Below are positions 39,725 to 52,701 of a stretch of 64,000 bases of DNA, in pieces. The notes under the pieces are model-generated. The model saw nothing but the letters and a program-made list of their open reading frames with translations. It was not told where the DNA came from and ran no database searches. How positions within the stretch are numbered: position 1 is the first letter of the stretch; each line of letters opens with the position of its first letter. The position numbers and the translations under genes were made by a program. Source of the stretch: Polyangiales bacterium (GTDB lineage: Bacteria > Myxococcota_A > Polyangia > Polyangiales > JADJQN01); the NCBI GenBank assembly GCA_964202905.1, contig CAXNJO010000001.1, positions 64,001-128,000 of the forward strand, read 5' to 3'.

Positions 39725-41596
39725 GTGCGGCGCGTGACGACCTCCGCGACCGATCCCTCGAAGCCCGCCGCCCACGGAACCGCCGGAAAAACCTGGCTCC
39801 CCGCGATCGGCACGTGGAAGTACCACCTGCTGCTCGGGAGCATCGGCATCCTGGTCCTCGGGCCGCTCGGCGGGGTCACGGCCTCGTACATGAACTTCTC
39901 GCTCGGCTTCTTCGTCGGCGGGCAGGTGCTCGCCGGCATCCTCGGCTCGAGCGTCACGTACGGCTACGGCGCCGAGGGCAAGCACGGCGCGAACTTCATG
40001 CAGACGGCCGCGGCGTCGGTCGCCGGCATGAGCGGCATGGCCGTGCTGATCCAGGCGATGGTGTGGCTCGGCCTCCCGCAGCCGCCCGCGTGGCAGCTCG
40101 TGCTCTACCTGCTCTGCATCGGCATGTTCGGTGTCGGCGTCGGCATGCTCTACACGCCGATCCTCGTCGATCGGCTGCAGCTCACCTTCCCCTCCGGCCT
40201 CGCGGTCGCGAACATCCTGCGCGCGCTCACGGACAAGCGCCTGCTGCGCCAGTCCATCGCGAAGCTCGGCGGCGGCACGCTGCTCGGCGTCGGCGGCGGG
40301 CTCGCGGCGAACTTCGTGCCCTTCCTCGGCGCGATCGAGCTGAGCACGTCGACGCTCGGCGCCGGCATGATCGTCGGCGCGCGCATCGGGATCCCGGCCA
40401 TCGTCGGCGGCCTCGTCGCGAGCGGGCTCAAGCCGTACTTCGTCTCGATCGGCTGGCTCGCGGCCGACCAGCCCTTCCGCAAGATCACCTTCCTGATCGC
40501 GCTCGGCATGATCATGGGCGCGGCGGTCGTCGACCTCGCGATCATCTTCTGGAAGGCCGCGCAGCGCATCCGCGAGAAGTCGTCGGGCGCCGGCGCGTCC
40601 GCGGCCGTGCCGGAGGGCGAAGCGTGGAAGCGCACGAGCACCGGGCGCCTCATCGCGTGGGTCGTGTTCTGGGGCGCGGGCGTCGCGGTCGTCGGCTCGT
40701 CGATCCTGCACGTGCCGCTCGGCTTCGTGCTCTTCGCGCTCGCGCTCGTCTTCGTCTTCGCGCTGATCAACGGCATCTCGCTCGGCATCTCCGACTCGAA
40801 CCCGATCTCGTCGGCCTTCGTCGTCACCGTCGTGCTGATGGGCGCGCTCGGCCTGCGCGACGCAGGCGTCGGCCTGATGGCGGGCGCGATCCTGCTGGTC
40901 TCGACGAGCGTCGCCTGCGACATGCAGCAGGACCGCTCGACCGGCTGGCGCCTCGGCACCGACCGCACGCTGCAGTTCCGCTACCAGACGCTCGGGATCG
41001 TCGTCGGCGCGCTCCTCGCGGTCGGTTTCGCGAAGGTGTTCATGCAGGCCTATCCCGACCTCACGCTCGACCAGACGGTGCTCAGCGAGGACCAGCAGCC
41101 CAAGCAGTGGGGCGCCGCGATGACCTACAAGTTCGTCGGCGCGCTGCGCAGCCTCACGCAGGACGCGTCGCACCTGCGCAACGCGATCTGGATCGGCGTC
41201 GGCATCGGCTTCGTCACCGAACTGCTCCGCAAGGTCATCAAGTCGGCCGCGGCGTGGAAGCGCTTCGCCGAGAGCGGGCGCGTGGGCTACTCGGTCGACT
41301 TCGTGCTCGACGCGGTCGTGCTGCCGAGCCCGTACGCGTCGTCGTTCGGCGGGTTCGTCGGCCTGCCCACCTCGCTCTGGTTCGGCGCGGGCGGCATCTT
41401 CTCGAGCGTGCTCGCCTCGCTGCCGACCGCGAAGCCCGCTCCCGCGAAGGAGCCGCCCGCCGAGCACGGCGACGAGCTGCCCGAGGACATGAGCACCACC
41501 TCGCTGGTCGGTGGCGGCCTGCTCGCGGGCGACTCGCTCGCCGCGCTCGCGCTCGGCATCTTCGGCCTCGTCGCGACGCTGCTCGGCGGACACTGA
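39725..41596 (+). CDS. OPT/YSL-family oligopeptide transporter
   Basis: NFMQTAAAS, LTFPSGLAVANILR, ISDSNPISSAF, DMQQDRSTGWRLG, GGLLAGDSL; many TM segments. Confidence 0.85.
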   Translation: MRRVTTSATDPSKPAAHGTAGKTWLPAIGTWKYHLLLGSIGILVLGPLGGVTASYMNFSLGFFVGGQVLAGILGSSVTYGYGAEGKHGANFMQTAAASVAGMSGMAVLIQAMVWLGLPQPPAWQLVLYLLCIGMFGVGVGMLYTPILVDRLQLTFPSGLAVANILRALTDKRLLRQSIAKLGGGTLLGVGGGLAANFVPFLGAIELSTSTLGAGMIVGARIGIPAIVGGLVASGLKPYFVSIGWLAADQPFRKITFLIALGMIMGAAVVDLAIIFWKAAQRIREKSSGAGASAAVPEGEAWKRTSTGRLIAWVVFWGAGVAVVGSSILHVPLGFVLFALALVFVFALINGISLGISDSNPISSAFVVTVVLMGALGLRDAGVGLMAGAILLVSTSVACDMQQDRSTGWRLGTDRTLQFRYQTLGIVVGALLAVGFAKVFMQAYPDLTLDQTVLSEDQQPKQWGAAMTYKFVGALRSLTQDASHLRNAIWIGVGIGFVTELLRKVIKSAAAWKRFAESGRVGYSVDFVLDAVVLPSPYASSFGGFVGLPTSLWFGAGGIFSSVLASLPTAKPAPAKEPPAEHGDELPEDMSTTSLVGGGLLAGDSLAALALGIFGLVATLLGGH

Positions 41597-41605
41597 GCGC
41601 CCACG

Positions 41606-41627
41606 GACAGCCAGCCGGCTGGCTGTC
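41606..41627. repeat. Perfect 22-bp palindrome between convergent genes
   Basis: gacagccagcc|ggctggctgtc. Confidence 0.8.
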
Positions 41628-41643
41628 TCGGAAACCCCAGAAT

Positions 41644-43719
41644 TCACGGGCAGTTGTACTGCACCTCGACGCGATCGATGGCCGGGCTGCCGCTGCCATC
41701 CGAGCGCAGCGAGAGCTCGAGCTCGAGGTGCCGCGCCGTGCCCACCGGCCCGGGCGGAAGCGCGAGCTCGGTCACGGGCAGGTCGCGGAACGGCCCGGTC
41801 CACGGGCGCGCCGCGAGATCGGGCACCACCTCCGCCGTGCGCGCGCGCAGCTCCACGCTCGTGCCCGCGGGGACGCTCGCCGACCAGCGCACCTGCTCCC
41901 ACTCCGTCGCGCCCGCCGCGCAGCCCGGGACGATCGTGCGCAGGTAGCCATCGGGCGCCGTGAAGGTGCGGAGCGCGTAGCCCGTGAAGTCCGAGTACGT
42001 GTAGGGCGAAGGGCCCGTCGGGAAGTCGCGCGCGACGCCCGTGCGCGGATCGAGCCGCGTCGCGGTCGCGCTCTCCTGGTTCACGAGCCAGAGCGTGCCG
42101 TCCGAGTCGAGGCCGACGCCCGTCGTGCCCGCGCCAGGCAGCGGCGCGTCAGGGAGCCCGAGCACGCGCAGCACGGCGAGCGAATCCGCGTCGATCACCG
42201 TCACGCGCGAGAGCGGATCGCTGCCGCTCACCGTTCCGTCGGCTCTCGAAGCGCAGCCACTCGTGCGAGGACGCGACGTAGATGCGCCCATCCGCGCTCG
42301 CGGCGATGCCGCGCGTCACGCCCGAGTCCGGCAGCGACACCTCGCGCCACGCGCGCGCCGCCGGGTCGAAGCGGAACGCGTACGGGCACAAAAAGCCCGC
42401 GATCCACACGCGATCGTCGGGGTCGATGGCGATGCCGTAGGAGCCCGAGCAGCCCATCGCGCCGCGGCTCGTGGCCGTCTCGCGGCGCAGCACGCGCCCC
42501 GTCGCCGCCTCGACGCCGAGGATCGTCCCCGTCCCGGCCGACACGAACCACACGCGCCCTGCGCCGTCGGCCGCCGCGCCGTAGGGCTGAAACGCGCCGA
42601 TGCTGCCGCTGCGCAGGTCGATGGTGCGCAGCACGCGGCCGTCGTCCGGATCGAGCTGCACGAGGCGCCGCTCCTTGTGCAGGCCCACCCAGACCGTGCC
42701 CGCCGCGTCGACGGCGATCGCGCGGGGCACGCCGTCGCGCGCGCCGACGTCGACCGTCCAGAGCAGGCACTCGTCGTCCTGCCCGAGGAACTCGCCGGGC
42801 ACGTCGCGCTCGATCACCCCGTCCGCGTCGCGGTCGCGCGAGGTGTCGACGACGCCGTTGCCGTTGCGGTCGACGCAGTCGCTCTCGATCCCCGCGATCT
42901 TCGTGACCGTGCCCTGCCCGAGAAACGCGCGGTTCGCGACGTAGACCGCGCCGCGCAGATCGACCGCCGTTCGCGAGGGGCAGTTGCCGCCCGCGCGCTC
43001 GACGACGCACGCGACGCCCGGGGCGACCGCGCCGTTCGTGCCGTCGCGCAGCACCGCGTCGTACTCGCCGAGCTGGCGGCCATCGCGCGTGTCGAGGCGC
43101 GTGACCGTGCCGAAGAGCGTGTTCGCGATCCACGCCGAGCGCGTCTCGGTCCGCGTCGTCGAGAGCACGAGCGCGCCGTCCGCATCGCGCGCGACGCCGC
43201 GCGCGTCGCCGTCGACGTCCCACGGCGCATCCCCCGGCACGGGCACGCGGCGGCAGCCCGGGCGGCAGTCGTCGCACTCGGAGCGCACGCCCTCGTCGAC
43301 GCGCCCGTCGCAGTTTTGATCGCGGTCGTCGCAGATCTCCGCAACGCCCGGCGCGATGCCCGGATCGCCGTCGTCGCAGTCGCCCGCGCACGCCGCGACG
43401 CCGTCGCCATCCGCGTCGCGCGCGGGATCGCCCGCCGGGCAGGCGTCCGCCGCGGCGTCGCGCACGTCGACCGATGGTCGCCGTCGATCGCGCCATCCTC
43501 GTCGCCGGACGCGCCGTCCATCCCAGCGCCCCCGTCACGCAGGCCCCCATCACGCGCGGCGCCATCGCGGGCGCCACCATCGCGCGGACGCGCCTCGACG
43601 CCGGTGCGCGCGCCGCACGCAGAGAGTGCACACAGCAGCGCGACGAGAGGCCCGGGACGCGCGACGCCGCCGACCTGACGAGACGGCCAGCCGGCTGACC
43701 GTGGCGCGCACGCGCTCAT
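41644..43719 (-). pseudogene. Beta-propeller lipoprotein (paralogue of 43716-45569) broken by two apparent frameshifts
   Basis: ATGA overlap at 43716-43719; LSAC-GARTGV; frame changes near 43479 and 42245; WIANT..GTV, PSRTAVD, DDECLLW, PYTYSDFTG. Confidence 0.75.
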
Positions 43720-45569
43720 CCGATCACGTCGCACTGCTTGCTCACCTGCACCTCGATGCTGCGCACCCGCGGGCTCACGGTGGCCGTCCCGCGCGCGCGC
43801 CAGGCGCCGAGCTCGAGGCTCACCTCGAGCAGCGCCCCCGGCGTGACCCCCGCATCCATGAGCGCCGCGGCGATGTCGACGGGCGACGCGTCGTCCGGCA
43901 CCTCGGCGACGCGCACCCAGGGCTGCGCCATCAGCGCGCCGAGCGTGTCGGCGGAGCGCACGCGAATCTGCAGCGACGCCCCCATCGGCACGTCCGCGTC
44001 GAAGCGCAGCGTGCCCCAGCGCGTGGGGCCCTCGGGCGCGCCGGGGCAGGCATCGATCACGCGACGGTAGTAGCCCGTGAGGCTCGTCGCGAGCCGCAGC
44101 TGCTGGCCCGTCATGTCCGAGTACGTGTACGGCTGCACGAGCACGGGCACGACGTTCGTCCACACGGTGAAGGCGTCGATCGCCGCGCCGGGCACGACCA
44201 CGGTCGCGTTGTCGCCCTGCTGGTTGATCGCCCAGACCTTGCCGTCGTCGTCGACGGCGACGCCCTTCGCCGAGAGGCCGATGGACACGGGGACCACCGC
44301 GAAACGGCGCGGATCTTCGGCATCGATCCGCACGAGGCCCGTCTCCATCCCGGCACCCCAGACGTTGCCGCGGCCATCCGCTGCAATGCCGTGCACGAAG
44401 AGCCCGGCGGCGGCCGACCGCCACCGCGCGCCGACCGGCGCCATCGGATCGTAGCGGCGCGGCGTCGAGCCACCGCCGAGCCAGACGCGCTGCCGCGCGT
44501 CGACCGTGATGCCGTACATGCCGTCGACGACGGGGATGGCCTGCTGCACGCATGCGTCGCCGCCGGCCTCGGGGCATGGCGCGACGTCGCAGCTGGCGGC
44601 GTCGAGACAGCGCGAGACGTCGATGCGCCCGAGCGAGCCCTCGGTCGTCGCGACCCAGAGGTTGTCGCGGCCGTCGAAGGCGAAGCCGTAGGGCGAGCCG
44701 GGAAGCCGCGCCGTGAAGAGCACGCGGCCCGTCGCCGCGTCGAGCTTCGCGACACGCTGCGCGTCGAAGATTCCCACCCAGACCGACTCGACGAGCTCAC
44801 CATCCGGGCCGCGCTCGACGTGTGCGGCCACCGCGCGGGCGACGCCGCCGGGCAGCGGTGTGTTCCAAAGCACGCAGTCGTCGTCGCCCCACGCGAGCAC
44901 ATTGCCACCATCACGCGAGGTGGTGACGACGCCATCGCCGTTCGTGTCCGGACACGCCGCGCCGAGGAGCGAGATGCGCGTGACGCTCATCCCGCCCCGG
45001 TTGGCGACGTAGACGTCGCCCGAGACACCGACCGAGGTGCGCGAGGGGTCGTTGGCCAGTCCGAGCGGCCCGGTGCGGTAGCGCGCGACCTCCTCGAAGG
45101 TGCGCGTGTCGACCTTCGAGACGGTGCCCTCCGCGGTGTTCGCGATCCAGATCAGGTGGAACGCGGGGAAGGTCTGCGGCGCGAGGACGAGGGCGCCCAT
45201 CGCGTCGACGGTCACGCCCACGCTCGGATCGGTCGCGGGATCGAAGCCCGCGCTGCCCGGAACGTCGCGGACCCGACAGCGCGTGTCGCAATCGCCGCAG
45301 GCCGAGCGCACGCCCTCGTCCGTCTCCCCATCGCAGTCGTTGTCGCGGCCGTCGCAGACCTCGTTCCCGGTCTGGGCCGGGTTGGTGTCGTCGCAGTCCG
45401 GCCCCGCGGCGCACATCGCGCCGAAGCCGTCCCCGTCGCCGTCGACGCAGCCGCCGAGATCGAAGCCCGCGTCGACCGCGGGCGGGGGAGTCCCGCCGCT
45501 CCGCGTCGTGCAGGCGGCGAACGTCCCGAGCAGGGCAGAAGCGAGCAGGAGCCGAGGTGCGTGGCGCAT
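43716..45569 (-). CDS. Lipoprotein with MopE-like repeat and Vgb-like beta-propeller (617 aa)
   Basis: FAAC lipobox; IWIANTAEGTVSKVDT, PSRTSV..VYVANR, DTNGDGVVTTSRD, PYTYSDMTG. Confidence 0.85.
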   Translation of the reverse strand: MRHAPRLLLASALLGTFAACTTRSGGTPPPAVDAGFDLGGCVDGDGDGFGAMCAAGPDCDDTNPAQTGNEVCDGRDNDCDGETDEGVRSACGDCDTRCRVRDVPGSAGFDPATDPSVGVTVDAMGALVLAPQTFPAFHLIWIANTAEGTVSKVDTRTFEEVARYRTGPLGLANDPSRTSVGVSGDVYVANRGGMSVTRISLLGAACPDTNGDGVVTTSRDGGNVLAWGDDDCVLWNTPLPGGVARAVAAHVERGPDGELVESVWVGIFDAQRVAKLDAATGRVLFTARLPGSPYGFAFDGRDNLWVATTEGSLGRIDVSRCLDAASCDVAPCPEAGGDACVQQAIPVVDGMYGITVDARQRVWLGGGSTPRRYDPMAPVGARWRSAAAGLFVHGIAADGRGNVWGAGMETGLVRIDAEDPRRFAVVPVSIGLSAKGVAVDDDGKVWAINQQGDNATVVVPGAAIDAFTVWTNVVPVLVQPYTYSDMTGQQLRLATSLTGYYRRVIDACPGAPEGPTRWGTLRFDADVPMGASLQIRVRSADTLGALMAQPWVRVAEVPDDASPVDIAAALMDAGVTPGALLEVSLELGAWRARGTATVSPRVRSIEVQVSKQCDVIG

Positions 45570-45577
45570 CGTGTCCC

Positions 45578-47844
45578 TCAGAGCGGCGTGAAGAAGGGCG
45601 TGAGGCGAACCGAGGGCGTCGCGCGCGCGGCGTCGACGAGGACGGAATATGTCCCTGCCTCGAGCGCGCCCGAGTACGCCGCGGGCATCGCGAAGACACA
45701 CGCGATGGGCGCGGGATCCGCGCAGACGCGCTGCACGAGCAGCGCGACCGGCGCACCGTCGGAGGCCACGGCGATGAGATCGACCTGCTGCGGCTCGGTG
45801 AGCGTGAACGTGTAGAACGCGTCGTTTCCGCCGGCGTAGTCGCAGGCGGGGCTCGCGTCGTCCGAGAAGAGCCCGGGCACCATGGTCTCCGCGCGGCCGT
45901 TCACCAGGGGCAGCGCGCCCGCGCAGAGGTCGTTGACGGCGACGGGGGTCGGCGGCGCGAGCGTGAGGCGCGCCGTGAGCGAGCCCTCCCCGAGACCGGT
46001 CGCGAACACGAGATACCAGGTGCCTGCAGGGAGCGAGCGCCACGTGCGCGTGATGCGCGCCGCGTCGTCGCGGAGCGTGCAGGTGCGGGTGTCACCGGGC
46101 TCCCCGCAACGCGCGGTGAGCGCGAGCGCGGGGATGTCGAGGGTGCCCGCCGCGTCGGGCGCGGCGAGCGTGAACGTGACGTCCTGCGTCTCGGTGGTCG
46201 TGAAGACGTAGACGACGTCGCGCGCGAAGGGCGTCCGGTCGCTGGAGCAGGAGACGCCCACGTCGTAGGCGAGCGGCGTGAGCGCGACGCTCTCGTCGAC
46301 CCCGGGCACGAGCGGGATCGCCGTGCCGCACGCGTCGCCGCGCGGCGGGGTCACGGGATCGCCGACGCGCACGTCGAGCACGAGCGCATCGGAGGCCGCC
46401 GCAGCCATCCCGCTCCCCGCCGGCTCGACGAGGACGAAATAGGTCCCTGCGGGCAGCGCGCGCCGTGTGATGACGGGCTCGTGCGCGGGGTTGAAGGGCA
46501 CGCACGCGACCGCCCCTAGTCGGGTCGGCGCAATCGCGCAGGAGCGCGAACGCGCCCGCGCCGCGCAGCGCGATCCGCACATCCTTCGGCGCGTCGAGCG
46601 TGAGCCGGTAGGCGGCATCCGGCGCCGCGCCTGCGCCCGCGGCGCCGCACGGCGACGCCGTAGTCGTCGAGCACGTCCGAGCGGTACGCGGAGAACGAGT
46701 TCCGCCGCCGCCCACCTCGAGCGTGTCCGGTCCACAGACGTCGATGGGCGGGGCGACCGTCGGTGGTCCGACGTCGAGCGTGAGCGCGAACGTCGTGATT
46801 TCGGCGGTCGCCACGATGACCGCGTAGTCCCCGGCCGGCAGGCTGCGCGCACGCACGCGATCGCCCGGATCGCACACGATCGGACGCAGCACGGGGCCGG
46901 TCTCGCATTCGTCCCAGCGCCGCAGCGCGACGGCCGCCGCGGAGTCGCTCGTGACGAGCGTCGCCCGCACGGCGACGAGCACGTCCGCCGGCTCGGTGAG
47001 GGTGAAGCGGAACACCGCGTCGGCCACGGACGCGAAGTAGGACCCGGGCGCGATGCCCGACGCACACTCGATCACGTAGTCCTCGTCGAGCCCGCGCGTC
47101 GCGCCGACGTACGTGCCCGAACTGGGCAGGACGCGCGCCGTCGCGCAGTCGTCGTTGGTCGGCGTGCACGCGACGCTCTCGGCGTCGGTCACGCCGTCGC
47201 AGTCGTCGTCGAGCCCGTTGTCGCAGACCTCGGTGCGCCCCGGCGCCACGCCCGCGCCGCCGCGCGCGGGGTCGTCGAGGCAATCGAGCCCGCCGCAGAA
47301 GCCGTCGCCGAAGCCGTCTCCGTCACGGTCGCGTGGCTCGCTGAGACAGCCGAGCGCGGACTCGCAGGTGTCCGTCGTGCAGTCGTCGCCGTCGTCGCAG
47401 ACGGGGGGCGCGCCCGGCTGGCAGCCGCGCGCGACGTCGCAACGCTCGCGCCCGTTGCACGCGTCCGCGTCGTCGCAGCGCGCGGCGTCCGGTGTGTGCG
47501 TGCAGGCGCGCAGCGGCTCGTCACAGGTGTCGGTCGTGCAGTCGTGCGGATCGGCACACGGCGCCGTGCCCGCGACGCAGACGCCCTCCGCGCAGCGCTC
47601 CGAACCGTTGCAGTAGCAACCATCGTCGCAGTCGCTGATCACGGCGCACGCCGCGCCGACCGGCACGCGCGCGCGACACACGGACGCGTCGACGCCCGCC
47701 TCCGTGGCGGCGTCCATGAATGCGTCCGGAGCACCGCCATCCCCAGGCGCGACGACCTTCGTCACCGCAGCCCGACGTCGCGACGCACGCCAGCAGCAGG
47801 AGCACCCCGAGAGACGGCGCGTGGTGACGCGCGTGCAGACGCAT
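45578..47844 (-). pseudogene. Cys-rich lipoprotein with repeated PPC-like domains, four apparent frameshifts
   Basis: Signal ...ATSGC; frame changes near 47757, 46700, 46651 and 46513; repeated NDDC/GDAC/NDLC...D.V(F/Y).FTLTE...LPAG.Y modules. Confidence 0.72.
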
Positions 47845-47985
47845 GCGAGGAGCTTCGCCGCTCGCGACGAGCGCCGCAAGACACCCCGGCGCGGCGCGCG
47901 GTCGCAGGTCGCACGCTGCGTGCGCGGACGCGGGCTCCGTGCCGCGCGAGGTCCCACGCACGCGCGGTGTTACGCTCGCGCGCCG

Positions 47986-49191
47986 ATGAACCCCGCATAT
48001 CTCCAGCAATTCACGCTCGACCCGGCGATCCGATTTCTGAATCACGGTTCATTCGGCGCCTGCCCGCGCGCCGTGCAGGAGGCGCAGAGCGATTGGCGCG
48101 CGCGGCTCGAGCGCGAGCCCGTGCAGTTTCTGGTGCGGCACCTCGAGCCCCTGCTCGACGCGGCGCGCGCGGCCCTCGCCGCGTTCGTCGGCGCCGACCC
48201 GGAGGGCCTCGTCTTCGTGACGAACGCGAGCATGGGCGTCGCGACCGCGCTCGCGGCGCTCGACGATCTCGCGCCCGGCGACGCGCTGCTCGTCACCGAC
48301 CACGGCTACAACGCGTGCCGCAACGCGATCGAGCGCACGGCCGCGCGCGCAGGCGCCGTCGTCCAGGTCGCACGCCTGCCCTTCCCCGACGTCGACGAGG
48401 ACGCGCTCGTCGAGGCCGTGCTCGCCGCGGTCACGCCCCGCACGCGCTACGCGCTCCTCGACCACGTCACGAGCCCGACCGCGCTCGTACTCCCGATCGC
48501 GCGGCTCGTCGCGTCGCTCCGCGCGCGCGGCGTCGAGACGATCGTCGACGGCGCGCACGCGCCCGGCATGCTGCCGCTCGACGTCGCGGCGATCGACGCC
48601 GCCTGGTACACGGGCAACTGCCACAAGTGGATCGCCGCGCCGAAGGGCGCCGCGTTCCTGTCCACCCGCGCCGACCTGCGCGCGCGCACGTTGCCGCTCG
48701 TGACGAGCCACGGCGCGAACTCGCCGCGCACCGAGCGCAGCCGCTACCTGCTCGAGCACGACTGGTGCGGCACCCACGACCCGAGCGCGGTGCTCACGAT
48801 CCCCACGGCGCTCCTCACGATGGGCGCGCTGCTCCCCGGCGGCTTCCCCGCGCTCATGGACCACAACCGCGCGCTCGCGCTCGAGGGGCGCGCGATCCTC
48901 GTCGAGTCCCTCCGCATCACCGAGCCGCTGCCGCCGCCCGCGCTGCTCGGCGCGATGGCGACGCTGCCCCTGCCGAAGAGCGCGTGGGACGCCGCGCCGC
49001 CGACACCGGGCGACCCACTCGATCCGCTGCAGCGCGCGCTCCACGACGCGCACCGCATCGAGGTGCCGATCATCCCCTGGCCCGCGCTGGGTCGGCGCTT
49101 CGTGCGTGTCAGCGGCCAGATCTACAACGACGTCTCCGACTACCACGCGCTCGCGGACGCGCTGCGCTCCCTCGGCGCGATCCCGGCCTGA
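47986..49191 (+). CDS. PLP-dependent class V aminotransferase (isopenicillin N epimerase/EgtE/cysteine-lyase-like)
   Basis: LNHGSFGACP, DHVTSPTA, VDGAHAPG, GNCHKW, RVSGQIYN. Confidence 0.9.
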   Translation: MNPAYLQQFTLDPAIRFLNHGSFGACPRAVQEAQSDWRARLEREPVQFLVRHLEPLLDAARAALAAFVGADPEGLVFVTNASMGVATALAALDDLAPGDALLVTDHGYNACRNAIERTAARAGAVVQVARLPFPDVDEDALVEAVLAAVTPRTRYALLDHVTSPTALVLPIARLVASLRARGVETIVDGAHAPGMLPLDVAAIDAAWYTGNCHKWIAAPKGAAFLSTRADLRARTLPLVTSHGANSPRTERSRYLLEHDWCGTHDPSAVLTIPTALLTMGALLPGGFPALMDHNRALALEGRAILVESLRITEPLPPPALLGAMATLPLPKSAWDAAPPTPGDPLDPLQRALHDAHRIEVPIIPWPALGRRFVRVSGQIYNDVSDYHALADALRSLGAIPA

Positions 49192-49245
49192 CGCGTCGTC
49201 CGGATTCGGCGCAGCATCCGCCGTCCTCGGCGCGGAGGGCGCCGT

Positions 49246-49920
49246 CTACGGCGCGACGGGCACGCGCCCGTCGAGCGCGCGCACTGCCGCGACGACATCC
49301 CCCGGATGGTCGACGGTGGCCTCGGCGCCGGCCTCGTTCAGCTCGGCGAGCGAGCCGTAGCCGTACGTCACGCCGAGCGCGCGGACGCCGTTCGCGCGCG
49401 CGCCGCGCACATCGTGCTCGCGATCCCCGACCATCAGCACGCGCTCGGGCGCGAGTCTCTCGGTGTCGAGCAGGTGCGCGAGGAGGGCGTCCTTGTGGTC
49501 GTTGCGCCCGTCGAGCTCGGCGCCGTAGACGCGCTCGAAGTGCGGCGCGAGCTCGAAGTGCGCGACGATGCGCTCGGCGACGACGCGCGGCTTGCTCGTC
49601 GCGACGAAGAGGCGGCGCCCCTCGTCGCGGAGCGCGCGGAGCATCTCGGGCACGCCCTCGTAGCGCACGTTCTCGAAGAGCCCGAGGGTGCCGTAGCGCT
49701 CGCGGTAGGCCGCGACGGCGGCCTCGACGCGCACGACGTCGTCCGTGCCGAGCAGCTTCGGGAACGACACGCGCAGCGGCGGGCCGATGCACCAACGCAG
49801 CGCGGGTTGCTCGGGCGCGTCGACGCCGAGCGCGACGAGCGCATGGCGGATCGAGCGCGTGATTCCCTCGAACGGATCGGTGAGCGTCCCGTCGAGATCG
49901 AAGAGGATCGTGTGGTGCAC
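49246..49920 (-). CDS. HAD-family phosphatase (Gph/5'-nucleotidase-like)
   Basis: [29 protein letters not shown]. Confidence 0.92.
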   Translation of the reverse strand: MHHTILFDLDGTLTDPFEGITRSIRHALVALGVDAPEQPALRWCIGPPLRVSFPKLLGTDDVVRVEAAVAAYRERYGTLGLFENVRYEGVPEMLRALRDEGRRLFVATSKPRVVAERIVAHFELAPHFERVYGAELDGRNDHKDALLAHLLDTERLAPERVLMVGDREHDVRGARANGVRALGVTYGYGSLAELNEAGAEATVDHPGDVVAAVRALDGRVPVAP

Positions 49921-49936
49921 GTCGCCCGCCCCTGCT

Positions 49937-49968
49937 CCGCTGCGTGTCTGCCCCGCTGCGTGTCTGCC
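49937..49968. repeat. 16-bp tandem direct repeat between gyrB and the HAD gene
   Basis: ccgctgcgtgtctgcc x2. Confidence 0.85.
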
Positions 49969-49998
49969 GCGCCTCGTGAGTCGTGCCGTGCGGTGCGC

Positions 49999-52643
<2,645 letters not shown>

Positions 52644-52701
52644 CGACATCGCGCTCCGCACGTGGGCGGCGCAGGGCCGGCCTGCCCCCGACCCCCCGCG
52701 G

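Noticed and set aside
38864..42906. Long ORFs 38911-42906 (+) and 38864-41902 (-)
   Set aside because: Alternate-frame or antisense shadows of suhB and the OPT gene
41644..47844. Programmed ribosomal frameshifting or a diversity-generating retroelement as the cause of the frame breaks
   Set aside because: No slippery heptamers at the shift sites, mixed +1/-1 directions, no reverse transcriptase or template/variable repeat pair seen
47986..49191. Beta-lactam or ergothioneine biosynthetic cluster
   Set aside because: Only a lone class V PLP enzyme; no pcbAB/pcbC or egtB/egtD neighbours
46467..49862. 1131-aa plus-strand ORF
   Set aside because: Spans three real genes in other frames; low-complexity translation
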